Shown: positions 1-9,708 of the stretch, one piece after another
Numbering within the stretch: position 1 is the stretch's first letter
Layout: each line of letters opens with the position of its first letter
Assembly: GCA_020201525.1 (NCBI GenBank)
Contig: JAIVGO010000105.1
Span: 57 to 64,056, forward strand
Length of the DNA stretch: 64,000 nt
Direction: 5' to 3'
Source of the DNA: Actinomycetota bacterium
GTDB taxonomy: Bacteria; Actinomycetota; AC-67
Notes under the pieces: generated by a model
The model's input: only the letters and a program-made list of their open reading frames with translations
What the model was told of the DNA's origin: nothing
The model's database searches: none
Program-made: the position numbers and the translations under genes

Positions 1-660
1 CGGCTGCCGCCCGGTCACCGTCCAGTACAACGTCCGCGTCACGCTCCGGCGAATGTGATCCGTGCGGATTCCCCAGAACTCGAAGCCGTACCGGTGTGAG
101 GCGACATGCGCGAGCAACGACACGATCGTTGCCGCCTGCGCGGTCGGGTCGAGATCGGACGGATGCTGCGAGCGAAACGTCTCGACGACGTCGCGAAGCG
201 CCTCCGTCACTTGGTTCAGCAAATGCGTACGGATGTTCTGGAAACGCAAGTCGCCTTCCAGCGTCGCCAAGTCGACCACGCGCAGCAGCGAACGGTGCTC
301 CTCCCACAATTCCAGGAACCCATTGACGAGCTCACCGGCGGTGTCGAAGCCGGCTTTTCCTTTCCAGTTCGCTTCGCGGATGAGTGTCGCGAGGGCGGCG
401 CCGTGGCCGGCCATCGCACGCGCAAGCATCAAGATCGCTGCCTCGACGTCGGAGAAGTACTGGTAGAACGTGGCCGGCGACGTTCCCGCGCACCGTGCAA
501 TCTCGATAACGGTGAGATCGCGGTAGGACGTTTTCTCCAAAAGATCCGCGGTGCACTTCAGCAACCGCTCACGCGTCGCCCGCCCGCGATTGCCCGGCGT
601 CCGCCCGTCCGCTGCACGCGCGCCGTCCGTGCGACGCTTTCCGGCCTTGACCGGGCTCAC
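1..660 (-). CDS. TetR-family transcriptional regulator, C-terminus runs off the window start; GTG start at 660 overlaps the upstream stop (GTGA)
   Basis: Reverse-strand translation gives VSPVKAGKRRTDG...LTVIEIARCAGTSPATFYQYFSDVEAA, a TetR helix-turn-helix. No stop codon before position 1. The ORF track omits it because it is open-ended. Confidence 0.8.
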   Translation of the reverse strand, partial: MSPVKAGKRRTDGARAADGRTPGNRGRATRERLLKCTADLLEKTSYRDLTVIEIARCAGTSPATFYQYFSDVEAAILMLARAMAGHGAALATLIREANWKGKAGFDTAGELVNGFLELWEEHRSLLRVVDLATLEGDLRFQNIRTHLLNQVTEALRDVVETFRSQHPSDLDPTAQAATIVSLLAHVASHRYGFEFWGIRTDHIRRSVTRTLYWTVTGRQP

Positions 661-1274
661 GACCACACCTCGATGACGTCTTCTGTCCGCACGAGTGTCG
701 TGATGAGCGACAGCGTGTTTTCGATAACGGCGTTTGCGTATTCCTCTGGCACGCCGGCGACCGCGTCGCGCGGCAGCACGAAGTCGTAGCCGAGATTGAC
801 GGCGTCCATCGCAAAGTTCGTCATGCCGACGTTGACCGACACACCGACGCCGACGATTGTGCGAACACCGAGATTGCGCAACACCGAATCGAGATCCGTT
901 CCGGCCATCGGTCCGAGCCCGTGCAACCTCGAGAGGACGACGTCGTCGGCTTCCACGCCGATCTCGGAAACGACCTGCGCAGCTTCGCTCCCCGGCAGCA
1001 ACGTCACCGGCGACTTCCGCACCGCCATGAACAACCGGGCATTCGTGCTGGATCCCTTTCCGTCTGCACGGCGCACTGCGGTGCAATGAATGACCGACAC
1101 GCCGGCCGCGCGCGCCGCCTTCACGAGACGAGACACATTTGGAATCATCTCCTTGCGCGCGGCGTCGGCGAGTAGGGGCAGGACCGCTTGCTCGCCGATG
1201 ACGCCGTTCTGACACTCCTGGGTGACGAGCGCCGTGTGCGCCGGAGCTATGACGTCGGACAGCGCGCGTGCCAT
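657..1274 (-). CDS. Isochorismatase-family (cysteine) hydrolase; start re-set to the internal Met (MARALSDVIAP...)
   Basis: The conserved isochorismatase-like core lies in the C-terminal 206 aa of the 302-aa ORF. The ATG at 1274 overlaps the upstream stop (TGATG). The N-terminal 97 aa of the tool ORF is arginine-rich junk. Confidence 0.8.
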   Translation of the reverse strand: MARALSDVIAPAHTALVTQECQNGVIGEQAVLPLLADAARKEMIPNVSRLVKAARAAGVSVIHCTAVRRADGKGSSTNARLFMAVRKSPVTLLPGSEAAQVVSEIGVEADDVVLSRLHGLGPMAGTDLDSVLRNLGVRTIVGVGVSVNVGMTNFAMDAVNLGYDFVLPRDAVAGVPEEYANAVIENTLSLITTLVRTEDVIEVWS

Positions 1275-2260
1275 CAGGCGGGACGAATCCTCGGAAGGAC
1301 TTTCGAGCGAAACAGCTCGAGACTTTCCCAGCCGAGCTCGACGGGAATGCCCGACATCAGCGGATGCAACGTGATGACCCCGAACGCCCCGAGCTCTTCG
1401 GCGAGCGCCACACATTCGTCCGGCGTGACGACGCGATAGATGCCCTCGCTCTTCAGCTCCTCGACGTTTCCGGCCTTCGTCGCAACCTCCGATCGGTTGC
1501 CACCCGTCTGCCACGATCGATACGTGTCCGCGTCGTACCACGCGTACTTCGCGATCTCGCTCCACACCTTTTCGGGGTCCTCGGTGACGAGCACAAACCC
1601 CGGCCCGCCGGGCAGCACGCAGAAGCCCGCATAGCCAACCGCCTCACATTCCTCTTTGTACATCCGCATCAGCTCGACGTCGGCGATCGAGGGGAAGAAC
1701 CACAAATTGAGGCGTGCGGCCCGCCGCGCGGCTTTCTCGCTCGATCCGCCCATGAAGATCGGCGGGTGCGGCTTCGACATCGGCTTCGGCGTCACGCGAA
1801 TCGTCCGCCCTTTGTAGTCGAACGGCTCGCCGGTCCACGCCTGCTTCATGACTCCGAGGTATTCCTCGAGCAGCGCTCCGCGCTTCTTCCGGTCCACCCC
1901 TGCCATCTCGAATTCGTGCGTCGCGTACCCCGCGCCGGCGACGATCGATACGCGCCCGCCGCTCGCAAGGTCCAGAACGGCCAGCTGTTCGGCCAGCCGG
2001 ACGGGATCGTGCAGCGGAATGAGCGCCGCTGCGACGGAGATCGGGATTCGTTTGGTTCGGCCGGCAATCGCCGCAGCAAGCGTTAGCGGTGCCGGCAGAA
2101 AGCCGTCCTCCATGCCGTGGTGCTCCGACAGAACGACCATGTCGATGCCGTTCTCATCCGCCCACGCGCATTGATCGAGCGTGGTTGCATACGCTTCGGC
2201 ATGAGAGGTTGCCGCCCACTCGGGTGAACGAAGGTCGTAACGAAGCGCGATCGTGACCAT
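1274..2260 (-). CDS. LLM-class (luciferase-like) flavin-dependent oxidoreductase, probably F420/FMN dependent
   Basis: 328-aa ORF whose residue pattern matches a luciferase-like monooxygenase TIM barrel (MVTIALRYDLRSPEW...GGRVSIVAGAGY). High GC3. Confidence 0.85.
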   Translation of the reverse strand: MVTIALRYDLRSPEWAATSHAEAYATTLDQCAWADENGIDMVVLSEHHGMEDGFLPAPLTLAAAIAGRTKRIPISVAAALIPLHDPVRLAEQLAVLDLASGGRVSIVAGAGYATHEFEMAGVDRKKRGALLEEYLGVMKQAWTGEPFDYKGRTIRVTPKPMSKPHPPIFMGGSSEKAARRAARLNLWFFPSIADVELMRMYKEECEAVGYAGFCVLPGGPGFVLVTEDPEKVWSEIAKYAWYDADTYRSWQTGGNRSEVATKAGNVEELKSEGIYRVVTPDECVALAEELGAFGVITLHPLMSGIPVELGWESLELFRSKVLPRIRPA

Positions 2261-2263
2261 TGT

Positions 2264-3190
2264 TTATTTGATCGCGACTGGGTTGACCGGGCTCCCGAGA
2301 CCGCGAATGAACGGCTGCGGCGAGGCATCGAGGAAGAACTCGTACACGCCGTCGGCCGCACAGTCGGCTGCGAGCTCGTCGAGGTCGAAGTTTTGCCCCT
2401 GCGTCATGCCCATCTCGACGAGATGCAACAGGTGCACCGGATAGCGCAGACCCTTCATCTCGGCGGGATACACCTCGAACGTCAAGTTGTCGGTGGCGAC
2501 CGCTGCGACGTCGCGATCGTGGAACCACTCCGCGGCCGCCATGCCCGGCCCCGGGGCGGGCGCTGTGTACGCTTGCTTGTCGCCGCCCTTCAGCAGTTGC
2601 ATCTGTCCGGTGCGCAGGAGAACGATGTCTCCTTCGCCGACCCGCACCGACGCCTCAGCTTCCGCCCCGCTCAAGTCCTCCGGCGTGATCGCGTACCCGG
2701 GCTCGAGCCGGTCCACGCCTTTCACTCGGGCAACGTCGAGCAACACCCCCCGCGTCACGAGCGTCTTGTACTTGTCGACGCCACACCGCGCGGCGCCGTC
2801 TTCGTCGATGGACGACGCCGGGAATTCGTTGTAGAGCACCCCGCGGTAGCTCATGTGCGCCAGGGAGTCCCAATGAGTCGCGCATTGCAGGCCCATGTAG
2901 ACGACGTCGTCGCTCGTCCGTGCGCCGTCGGGGTCGCGCGACAGCTGCCGGTTGAGCGACACCATCGTTCGCGACGGATTGACCCGCCCCGGAATCGCGC
3001 CGATTTGAGGCCCGTCTGAGGACAGCGGAAGCGCGAGCGAAAAACGCTTCCCCTTCTTGATACAATCGCGGGCGCGCAGCACGACGTCGTCGGTGATGAA
3101 ATTCAGCGTTCCGATCTCGTCCTCATGGCCCCAGCGTCCCCAGTTGTTGACCTTCTTCGCCAGCGCGAGGAACTCTTCCGGCATCGCCAT
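2264..3190 (-). CDS. Putative cyclase-family protein (kynurenine-formamidase-like metal hydrolase)
   Basis: HWDSLAH-type motif and overall cyclase-family pattern. 308 aa. Confidence 0.8.
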   Translation of the reverse strand: MAMPEEFLALAKKVNNWGRWGHEDEIGTLNFITDDVVLRARDCIKKGKRFSLALPLSSDGPQIGAIPGRVNPSRTMVSLNRQLSRDPDGARTSDDVVYMGLQCATHWDSLAHMSYRGVLYNEFPASSIDEDGAARCGVDKYKTLVTRGVLLDVARVKGVDRLEPGYAITPEDLSGAEAEASVRVGEGDIVLLRTGQMQLLKGGDKQAYTAPAPGPGMAAAEWFHDRDVAAVATDNLTFEVYPAEMKGLRYPVHLLHLVEMGMTQGQNFDLDELAADCAADGVYEFFLDASPQPFIRGLGSPVNPVAIK

Positions 3191-3193
3191 GCG

Positions 3194-4640
3194 TTACGGC
3201 TCCACCGACGTCGTTTCCGGCAGCGTGATGGTGCGATTCGCCGCTTCGGCTGCCTTGCGAAGTTCCGCGATTGAGTCTCCGACGGCCGCGGCGAGATTCC
3301 ACAAGCCCGGCACCGTCTCTCGGCAGCTGATAAAGCCCCAGTTCATCGCGTCCATGTAGCTGAGAACGGTGATGTTGAGCGCCGCGCCGTCGAAGATCGG
3401 GCCGAGCGGGTACAGCGCGACGAGCTTCGCACCCCCGAAATACAGCGGTAAATTCGGCCCCGGGACGTTCGAGATCACGAGGTTGTGAATGACCGGGTGG
3501 CGTTCGGCAAGCCGCATCGACGAATACAGCCGCGCGGCGAGAGAAAACGTCGTCGGCGCGGCGAACTCCGCCCAGTTTTGGAGCATGTCGGCGCCGATCG
3601 CTTTGTGCTCTTCTTTCGCTCCTTTGTTGGCCTCGTGAATGTGCATGAGCCGCTCGACGGGATCTTCGATGTCGGTGGCGAGCGATGAAAACATCGCCGA
3701 CACGCGATTGGCGCTCGTGCTTTTGTCGCCGTCGTCGGGACGAACCGACACAGGGACTACGGCGAGAAGCGATTTGTCGGGCAACTCTTTGTTCTCCTCG
3801 AGATACCGCCTGAGCGCGCCTGCGGTGACCGCAAGCACAACGTCGTTCACCGTCGTGCCGAAAGCGTTCTTCACCATCTTCACGTCGTCGAGCGAGATGC
3901 GCGCGTAGGCGACTTTGCGGTGCGGCGTGATCGTCGTGTTGAAGGACGTGCGCGGAGCGGTGAGCGGCGTCGCCATGCCCGGTCGCGTCAAGCTCATTCG
4001 CGTTCGCACGAACTTCACGACCGAACCGATCGTTTGCGCGGCGACGCGAACCCCGGCCACCGGTTTCGTCAAACGATGCACGAGCGCCTTTCCGACGAGC
4101 TCGACGTCGGACGGCTTGCGTTCCGGCGTCCATTCATCCGGCTCAGGTCGCGGCGCCGGGTTCGGTTCGAGATCCAGAAGATGCACGAGCATGTTCGCGC
4201 CGGACACACCGTCGATCGTTGCGTGATGCATCTTGGCGACGATCGCTATGTAGCCGTTCTCCAAACCTTCCACGACCCACATCTCCCACAGCGGCTTCGT
4301 GCGGTCGAGCGGGCGGCTTGCCACGTCGCCTGCGAGCTCTGCGAGCTGGTCTTCGCTTCCCGGGGCCGGGCACCCGATGCGGCGCACGTGGTAGTCGAGG
4401 TCAAAGTGCGCATCCTCGACCCACACCGGATGTGCCAAGTTGAACGGCACGTGCGCCAGCCGGCGGCGGAACGGCGGAACGAGATGCAGCCGGCCCGCGA
4501 TGTGTCCCTTGAGCGTCTCAAATGAGTAGCCGCCCGGCATCGTCGACGGATCGACGACGATCGTCGCACACACGTGCATGTGCATCGTCGGCGTTTCGAA
4601 ATACAGAAACGAAGCGTCGAGTCCGCTGAGTCGCTGCATA
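3194..4640 (-). CDS. WS/DGAT-family acyltransferase (wax-ester synthase / diacylglycerol acyltransferase); start re-set to MQRLSGLDASFLYFE
   Basis: HHATIDGVSG (the HHxxxDG catalytic motif) and the N-terminal LDASFLYFE signature. GGAGG RBS 8 nt upstream of the ATG at 4640. Confidence 0.85.
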
Positions 4641-4714
4641 TGCCCCTCCTCAGGCCGCTTCGCCGGCTTGTTCGAGCGCGTCCCGAGTTGGCATTCACCC
4701 GGCCGGTTGGCAAA

Positions 4715-4728
4715 CTGACGGTGTGTCA
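4715..4728. promoter_or_regulatory. 14-bp palindromic motif CTGACGGTGTGTCA (TGAC-N5-GTCA) in the WS/DGAT-lipase divergent promoter; candidate TetR operator
   Basis: Identical 14-mer recurs at 17763-17776. Inverted repeat TGAC/GTCA. Overlaps the GTG start of the lipase. Confidence 0.5.
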
Positions 4729-5985
4729 CAAACCTATCTGATCCTCAGCATCATTGCTCTGGCGTCGACCGTCAATGCCCTCCGCCCGCTTCCGTGGACG
4801 TTCCTGTCGGTCCCCAGCTTCTTCGTCGCGTGGCTGACGACCGAGCTCGCCCCGCACCACCTCGCCGCGAATGTGGCCGTGAGCGCAGTGCTGATTTCGA
4901 TGGGAGCTCTGCACGGGCTCAAGGGCTGGCTGGCGCTCGGTTTTTCCCTCGTGACGGCAGCCGGGCTCATCGCGTTGATCGTCGAGTCGCAGCGAACCCG
5001 TGAGGTTGTCGAGCACGCGCTGCAAAAGGACTTGCGGGCCGACTATTTGTCGTGCATCGTGCCGGAGCGGGCGTCGCGATACGACTTGCGTGTGCCGTGG
5101 CGGCAGCTACTCCTTCCGTTCTATATGCGCCATCCCGACGTCGAACGCACCAAGAACGTGCCGTACGGCGAAGTTCGCCGACGAAACTTGCTCGACGTCT
5201 ACCGGCACAAGTCCCATCCCACCGGCGCGCCGACGCTGCTGCAGATCCACGGCGGGGGCTGGGTGATTTCGAACAAGAACCAGCAAGGGAAACCGATCAT
5301 GCTCCATCTCGCGTCGCGAGGCTGGGTGTGCTTCGCACCCAACTACCGGTTGTCGCCGCGTGCGATATGGCCGGCGCACATCGTCGACGTGAAGCGGGCC
5401 CTCGCGTGGATCCGTGAGCACGGCGCGGCCTACGGGGCCGATCCGGGGTTTGTCGTGGTGACCGGGGGATCGGCCGGCGGACACTTGGCGGCGCTGATGG
5501 CGCTGACGGCGAATGATCCCGCGTATCAGCCGGGATTCGAAACCGCCGACACGTCGGTACAAGCCGCAGTGCCGCATTACGGCGTGTACGACATCGCGAA
5601 CGAGACCGGCTTGAAAGGTCTCGCGCAGCGGCTCAAGATGCTAGAGGTCGTCGTGTGGAAGAAGAAGTACGCGGATGCGCAGGATGAGTTCCACCAGGCG
5701 TCGCCGCTGTTCCGCGTGCACGAGGGCGCGCCGCCGATGTTCGTGATTCACGGCGCGCACGACTCGCTCGTCCCGGTCGAAGAGGCGCGGCATTTCGTCG
5801 AGCGGTTGCGCGCCGTGTCGAAAGCACCGGTCGTGTACGCCGAGCTACCGGGAACGCAACATGCCTTCGATGTATTTCCGTCGATTCGGACCGCACACGT
5901 CGTCCGCGCGTTCGAGCGCTTCGTCGATTACGTCTATTGCACACGAAACGAGGCCGCTACCGCCGCTCCTCAGGTGCAACCGTAA
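4723..5985 (+). CDS. Membrane-anchored alpha/beta-hydrolase, HSL-family (HGGG) esterase/lipase
   Basis: HGGGW oxyanion motif, GGSAGG (GxSxG nucleophile) and HGAHDSLVP (catalytic His). N-terminal ~100 aa has predicted TM helices. GTG start at 4723, divergent from WS/DGAT. Confidence 0.85.
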   Translation: MSQTYLILSIIALASTVNALRPLPWTFLSVPSFFVAWLTTELAPHHLAANVAVSAVLISMGALHGLKGWLALGFSLVTAAGLIALIVESQRTREVVEHALQKDLRADYLSCIVPERASRYDLRVPWRQLLLPFYMRHPDVERTKNVPYGEVRRRNLLDVYRHKSHPTGAPTLLQIHGGGWVISNKNQQGKPIMLHLASRGWVCFAPNYRLSPRAIWPAHIVDVKRALAWIREHGAAYGADPGFVVVTGGSAGGHLAALMALTANDPAYQPGFETADTSVQAAVPHYGVYDIANETGLKGLAQRLKMLEVVVWKKKYADAQDEFHQASPLFRVHEGAPPMFVIHGAHDSLVPVEEARHFVERLRAVSKAPVVYAELPGTQHAFDVFPSIRTAHVVRAFERFVDYVYCTRNEAATAAPQVQP

Positions 5986-7531
5986 TGCCAAGCGCGTCGA
6001 AATCCCAGGTTTCTGCGGACACGCCGCGATCTCTGAGCAGATGCTTCATCACCCGCATCGTCGCATTGCGTGGTAGCTCGGGGAGAAGCTCGACGTAACG
6101 CGGGATCGCAAAGTACGGCAGCGCGTCTTTGAAGAAAAAGAAGAGCTCCTCCGGTGAAATCTCTTCCCCGGCAACGAGCACGATGCACGCTTTGATGTCA
6201 TCTTCCGTCATCGCGCTCGGGATGCCGTGCACGGCAGCTTCCGCGATCTTTGGGTGCGCGATGATGGCCATTTCGAGCTCCACGCTCGAAATGTTCTCCC
6301 CCCGCCGGCGAAGCGCGTCCTTCTTGCGGTCGACGAAGGTGATCGAGCCATCCTCGTTTGCGCGACCGTAGTCGCCGGTGTGGTGCCACAAATTGCGCCA
6401 GGCCTTCAGCGTCTCCTCGGGTTTACGCCAGTACCCCTTGAAGATCGTGTTCGGCTTCTTCGGACGAACCACGATTTCTCCGAGTGCTCCGACCGGCACT
6501 TTCATATCGTCGTCATCGACGAGGCGGACGTCCAAGTAATACGCCGGCGAGCCGACGCTGTTGAGATTGCGCGGCCCGGAGAGAACGCTGTACGCGATCG
6601 CACCGCATTCGGTCTGCCCGTAGAGCTGGCTGAGCACCGTCGCGCCGAAGCGCTTCATGAATTCGTGCTGCTGCTGCTCCGAAAAAGGGATCATGAGCGC
6701 GACGCGCAATTTGTGCGCGCGGTCTTTCTCGCTCGGCGGCACCCCGAGCATCGCCATGCCCATCGCACCGACGCCGGCGAAGACGGTCGCACCGGTCTCA
6801 ATGCTTCGCTCGAGAAGCCGTCCGACCGAGAAAATTGGATCGACGACCGCCGGCAGCTTGTGCACGAGAGCGCCCATCACCATTCCCTGCGCCCACGCGT
6901 GAAAAAGCGGCAAAGCCGTGAAGAGCACATCGTCGGCTATGTACTCGCACATCTCGCTCGCCATCGTCGCACCGGTCAGGTAATAGCCGTTGGGCAGCAT
7001 GCACCCCTTCGGCATCCCCGTTGTTCCCGACGTGTAGAGGATCGAGAGAACGTCCGACGGCTCGATCTCCACGTCGGGGACCGCTGCCTCCGTGTGGTGC
7101 AGCGTGGCGTACGGGATCGCTCCCTCCGTATGGTCGAACGCGATGATGCGCTTCAAGACCGGCAGGTCGCTCAGAATGCCCGCGGCTGCTTGGTATCCGG
7201 CTTCGTCGACGATGAGCGTCTCCGCCCGTGAGTCGTCGAGCTGGTACCGAAGAAAGTCGCCCTTCAGGAAAATATTGAGCGGCACTTGGATCGCACCCAA
7301 CTTTGCGCACGCAAAGAACACTTCGAGCATTTCGATGCGGTTCGAAGAAATGATGGCGACACGATCGCCCTTTCGTACGCCGAGCTCCGCGAGCCCTGCC
7401 GCGACCCGCTCGGAGCGATCGTTTGTCTGAGCAAACGTCAATTGATCGTCGGCGCACCACAGGAACAAATCGTCGGGAATCTCATTTGCGCGCTCGCGCA
7501 AGAGCGCCCCAACCACCATCGTGGACGTCAT
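5957..7531 (-). CDS. AMP-dependent acyl-CoA synthetase (FadD-like)
   Basis: YTSGTTGMPKG AMP-binding motif and ...GDYG... core. 524 aa. Confidence 0.9.
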   Translation of the reverse strand: MTSTMVVGALLRERANEIPDDLFLWCADDQLTFAQTNDRSERVAAGLAELGVRKGDRVAIISSNRIEMLEVFFACAKLGAIQVPLNIFLKGDFLRYQLDDSRAETLIVDEAGYQAAAGILSDLPVLKRIIAFDHTEGAIPYATLHHTEAAVPDVEIEPSDVLSILYTSGTTGMPKGCMLPNGYYLTGATMASEMCEYIADDVLFTALPLFHAWAQGMVMGALVHKLPAVVDPIFSVGRLLERSIETGATVFAGVGAMGMAMLGVPPSEKDRAHKLRVALMIPFSEQQQHEFMKRFGATVLSQLYGQTECGAIAYSVLSGPRNLNSVGSPAYYLDVRLVDDDDMKVPVGALGEIVVRPKKPNTIFKGYWRKPEETLKAWRNLWHHTGDYGRANEDGSITFVDRKKDALRRRGENISSVELEMAIIAHPKIAEAAVHGIPSAMTEDDIKACIVLVAGEEISPEELFFFFKDALPYFAIPRYVELLPELPRNATMRVMKHLLRDRGVSAETWDFDALGITVAPEERR

Positions 7532-7569
7532 CGCGGTGCTCCGGTGTCGTTCGGCCGTTGCAGTACGCG

Positions 7570-7581
7570 GATGCTAGCATC
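7570..7581. promoter_or_regulatory. Perfect 12-bp palindrome GATGCTAGCATC in the divergent fadD / NDP-forming-ACS intergenic region
   Basis: Self-complementary 12-mer centred in a 77-bp divergent promoter region. Confidence 0.4.
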
Positions 7582-7608
7582 GCACCGTTTCGGAGGCAGA
7601 AAGGAATC

Positions 7609-9708
7609 TTGTTGGCAACGACCGACGTTACCGGTCGCCCCGTTGCGTCACGCAACATCGACCTCGAACGGCTTCTGCGTCCCAAAGTGATCGCAGTCGT
7701 CGGTGCGTCAGATTCGCCGGGCAGCCAGAGCGCGCTGAATTACCGGATGATTCACGGGTGGTCGGATACGCTCGGACGAAAGGTCGTTCCGATCAACCCC
7801 AATCGAGACTCGGTCGGCGGCGAGAAGTGCTACGCATCTCTGAAGGATGCGCCGGACGAGATCGACGTTGCCGTGGTGATCACGTCCGACGCCGCAGGTG
7901 CCCTTCGCGATGCCGCAGACGCTGCCATCCCCTTCGTCGTCATCTTTACCGCTGGATTTTCCGAGACGGGCGATGAAGGAGTGGCGCGGCAACAGGAAAT
8001 CGAAGAGATCATCGCGTCGAGCGGAGTCCACGTCCTCGGTCCCAACACACCGCTGAACAGCTTTCAGCCGTTCCGCGAGGATCTTCCCGGCAAGCGCATT
8101 GGCCTGATCACGCAGTCGGGACACCAAGGCCGTCCGATTTATCAAGCGCAAGAGCTCGGCGTCGCGTTGGACGGGTGGGCGCCGACCGGGAACGAATCGG
8201 ATCTCGAGTCCGCCGATTTCATCCGCTACTTCGCCGATCGCTCCGAGGTGGGTGCGATCGCGTGCTACCTCGAGGGCTTCAAGGACGGTCGCACCTTGAT
8301 GCTCGCGCTTGATCACGCCGCGCAGAAACGGGTGCCTGTGACGATGATCAAGGTCGGACGCAGCGACATCGGCCGCTCGTGGGCAAAGTCCCATTCCGGC
8401 CATCTCGCGGGGAGCGATGCGGTGACGTCCGCAGTCTTGCGCCAATACGGCGTGACACGTGTCGACGGCCTCGACGAATTGCTCGACGTATCGAAGATGT
8501 TCGCGCGTTCGGCGTCGCCGGCGGGAGACGGCGTGGCGATTTACTCGATCTCGGGCGGGACGAGCGCGCACATGGCCGACTGGGCTGCCTCGATGGGTCT
8601 GCGTATGCCGGAGCTCACGATGGAAACACAGAGGACGTTGCGCGAGTGGATTCCAGGATTCTTGCGCGTCTCGAACCCGATCGACAGCGGCGGCATCGCG
8701 ACCGGCGACGAGCGCGGCCCGAAGATCCTCGATGCGATTCTCGCCGACCCTCATGTAGATGTGCTCATCGCGCCGGTGGCCGGCTCGTTCTCGCCGATCA
8801 GCGACAAGCTTGCACGGGACCTTGTTGCCGCTGCTGAAAAGGCCGACAAGCCCGTGTGCGTGATTTGGGGGTCGCCCACGGCCGACGAAGAAGGATACCG
8901 TGAGGTTTTGGTTCGCTCCCAGGTCCCGTTGTTCCGCAGCGCGCGGAACTGCTTGGTCGCGGTGAAAGCGTACCTCGATTACCACGCATTTCTTTCCTCC
9001 TACAAGTCCCCGTATGCCAAACCGGTTGTTCGCCCATTACCCGCCGCACGCACTGCACGAGCTTTGCTGAGAGACGGCGCTTCGCTATCGGAGCATCGAT
9101 CGAAAGAGTTGCTCGCGGCATACGGAATCCCGGTGACAAAGGAATCATTGGCGGTGAGCGCCAAGGAAGCCGTGCGCGCTGCGGAGCTGATCGGATATCC
9201 GGTCGTCATGAAAGGTTCCTCGCAGTCCCTGCTGCACAAGTCGGATCTCGGCCTCGTTCGATTGAACGTTCCGAACGCGCACGAAGTTCGTACAACCTTT
9301 ACCGACTTGATGAAGATCGACCGGGTCGACGCCGTTCTGGTGTCGGAAATGATCTCGGGTGGCATAGAAACAGTAGTCGGCGTGTCCCGGGACGAGATCT
9401 TCGGCCCGGTGATCATGTTCGGTCTCGGCGGGATCGCCGTCGAAGTATTCAAGGACGTGACGTTCCGGGTGCCGCCGTTTGACAAACGCGGGGCGCGGTT
9501 GATGCTCCAAGAGATCAAGGCGTTTCCTTTGCTGCAAGGCGCTCGAGGCCGGCCGAAGGCAGATCTCAGGGCAATCGTTGACGTGATCATGAAGGTGCAG
9601 CGCCTCGCGATGGATCTATCCGACGACATGGACGAGCTCGACATCAATCCGCTGGTCGCGCTCCCGGACCGCGCCGTCGCACTCGACGCGCTCGTCGTCG
9701 CTCGCTGA
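7609..9708 (+). CDS. NDP-forming acyl-CoA synthetase (ACD-type, fused alpha/beta: CoA-binding + succinyl-CoA-synthetase-like + ATP-grasp); TTG start at 7609 or 7612
   Basis: KVIAVVGASDSPGS CoA-binding N-terminus, and the ligase-CoA and ATP-grasp halves align to ADP-forming acetyl-CoA synthetase. The tool's 7423 start would overlap the divergent fadD. GGAGG..AAAGGAA RBS lies before the TTG. Confidence 0.8.
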   Translation: MLATTDVTGRPVASRNIDLERLLRPKVIAVVGASDSPGSQSALNYRMIHGWSDTLGRKVVPINPNRDSVGGEKCYASLKDAPDEIDVAVVITSDAAGALRDAADAAIPFVVIFTAGFSETGDEGVARQQEIEEIIASSGVHVLGPNTPLNSFQPFREDLPGKRIGLITQSGHQGRPIYQAQELGVALDGWAPTGNESDLESADFIRYFADRSEVGAIACYLEGFKDGRTLMLALDHAAQKRVPVTMIKVGRSDIGRSWAKSHSGHLAGSDAVTSAVLRQYGVTRVDGLDELLDVSKMFARSASPAGDGVAIYSISGGTSAHMADWAASMGLRMPELTMETQRTLREWIPGFLRVSNPIDSGGIATGDERGPKILDAILADPHVDVLIAPVAGSFSPISDKLARDLVAAAEKADKPVCVIWGSPTADEEGYREVLVRSQVPLFRSARNCLVAVKAYLDYHAFLSSYKSPYAKPVVRPLPAARTARALLRDGASLSEHRSKELLAAYGIPVTKESLAVSAKEAVRAAELIGYPVVMKGSSQSLLHKSDLGLVRLNVPNAHEVRTTFTDLMKIDRVDAVLVSEMISGGIETVVGVSRDEIFGPVIMFGLGGIAVEVFKDVTFRVPPFDKRGARLMLQEIKAFPLLQGARGRPKADLRAIVDVIMKVQRLAMDLSDDMDELDINPLVALPDRAVALDALVVAR

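Noticed and set aside
455-470. TAGAACGTGG half-site resembling a KstR operator
   Set aside because: Only one half-site matches (no GTT partner), and it lies inside the TetR coding sequence.
62-789. Plus-strand ORFs 62-466 and 106-789 at the window start
   Set aside because: They are antisense to a clear TetR-family coding sequence. The translations are Arg-rich with no domain resemblance.
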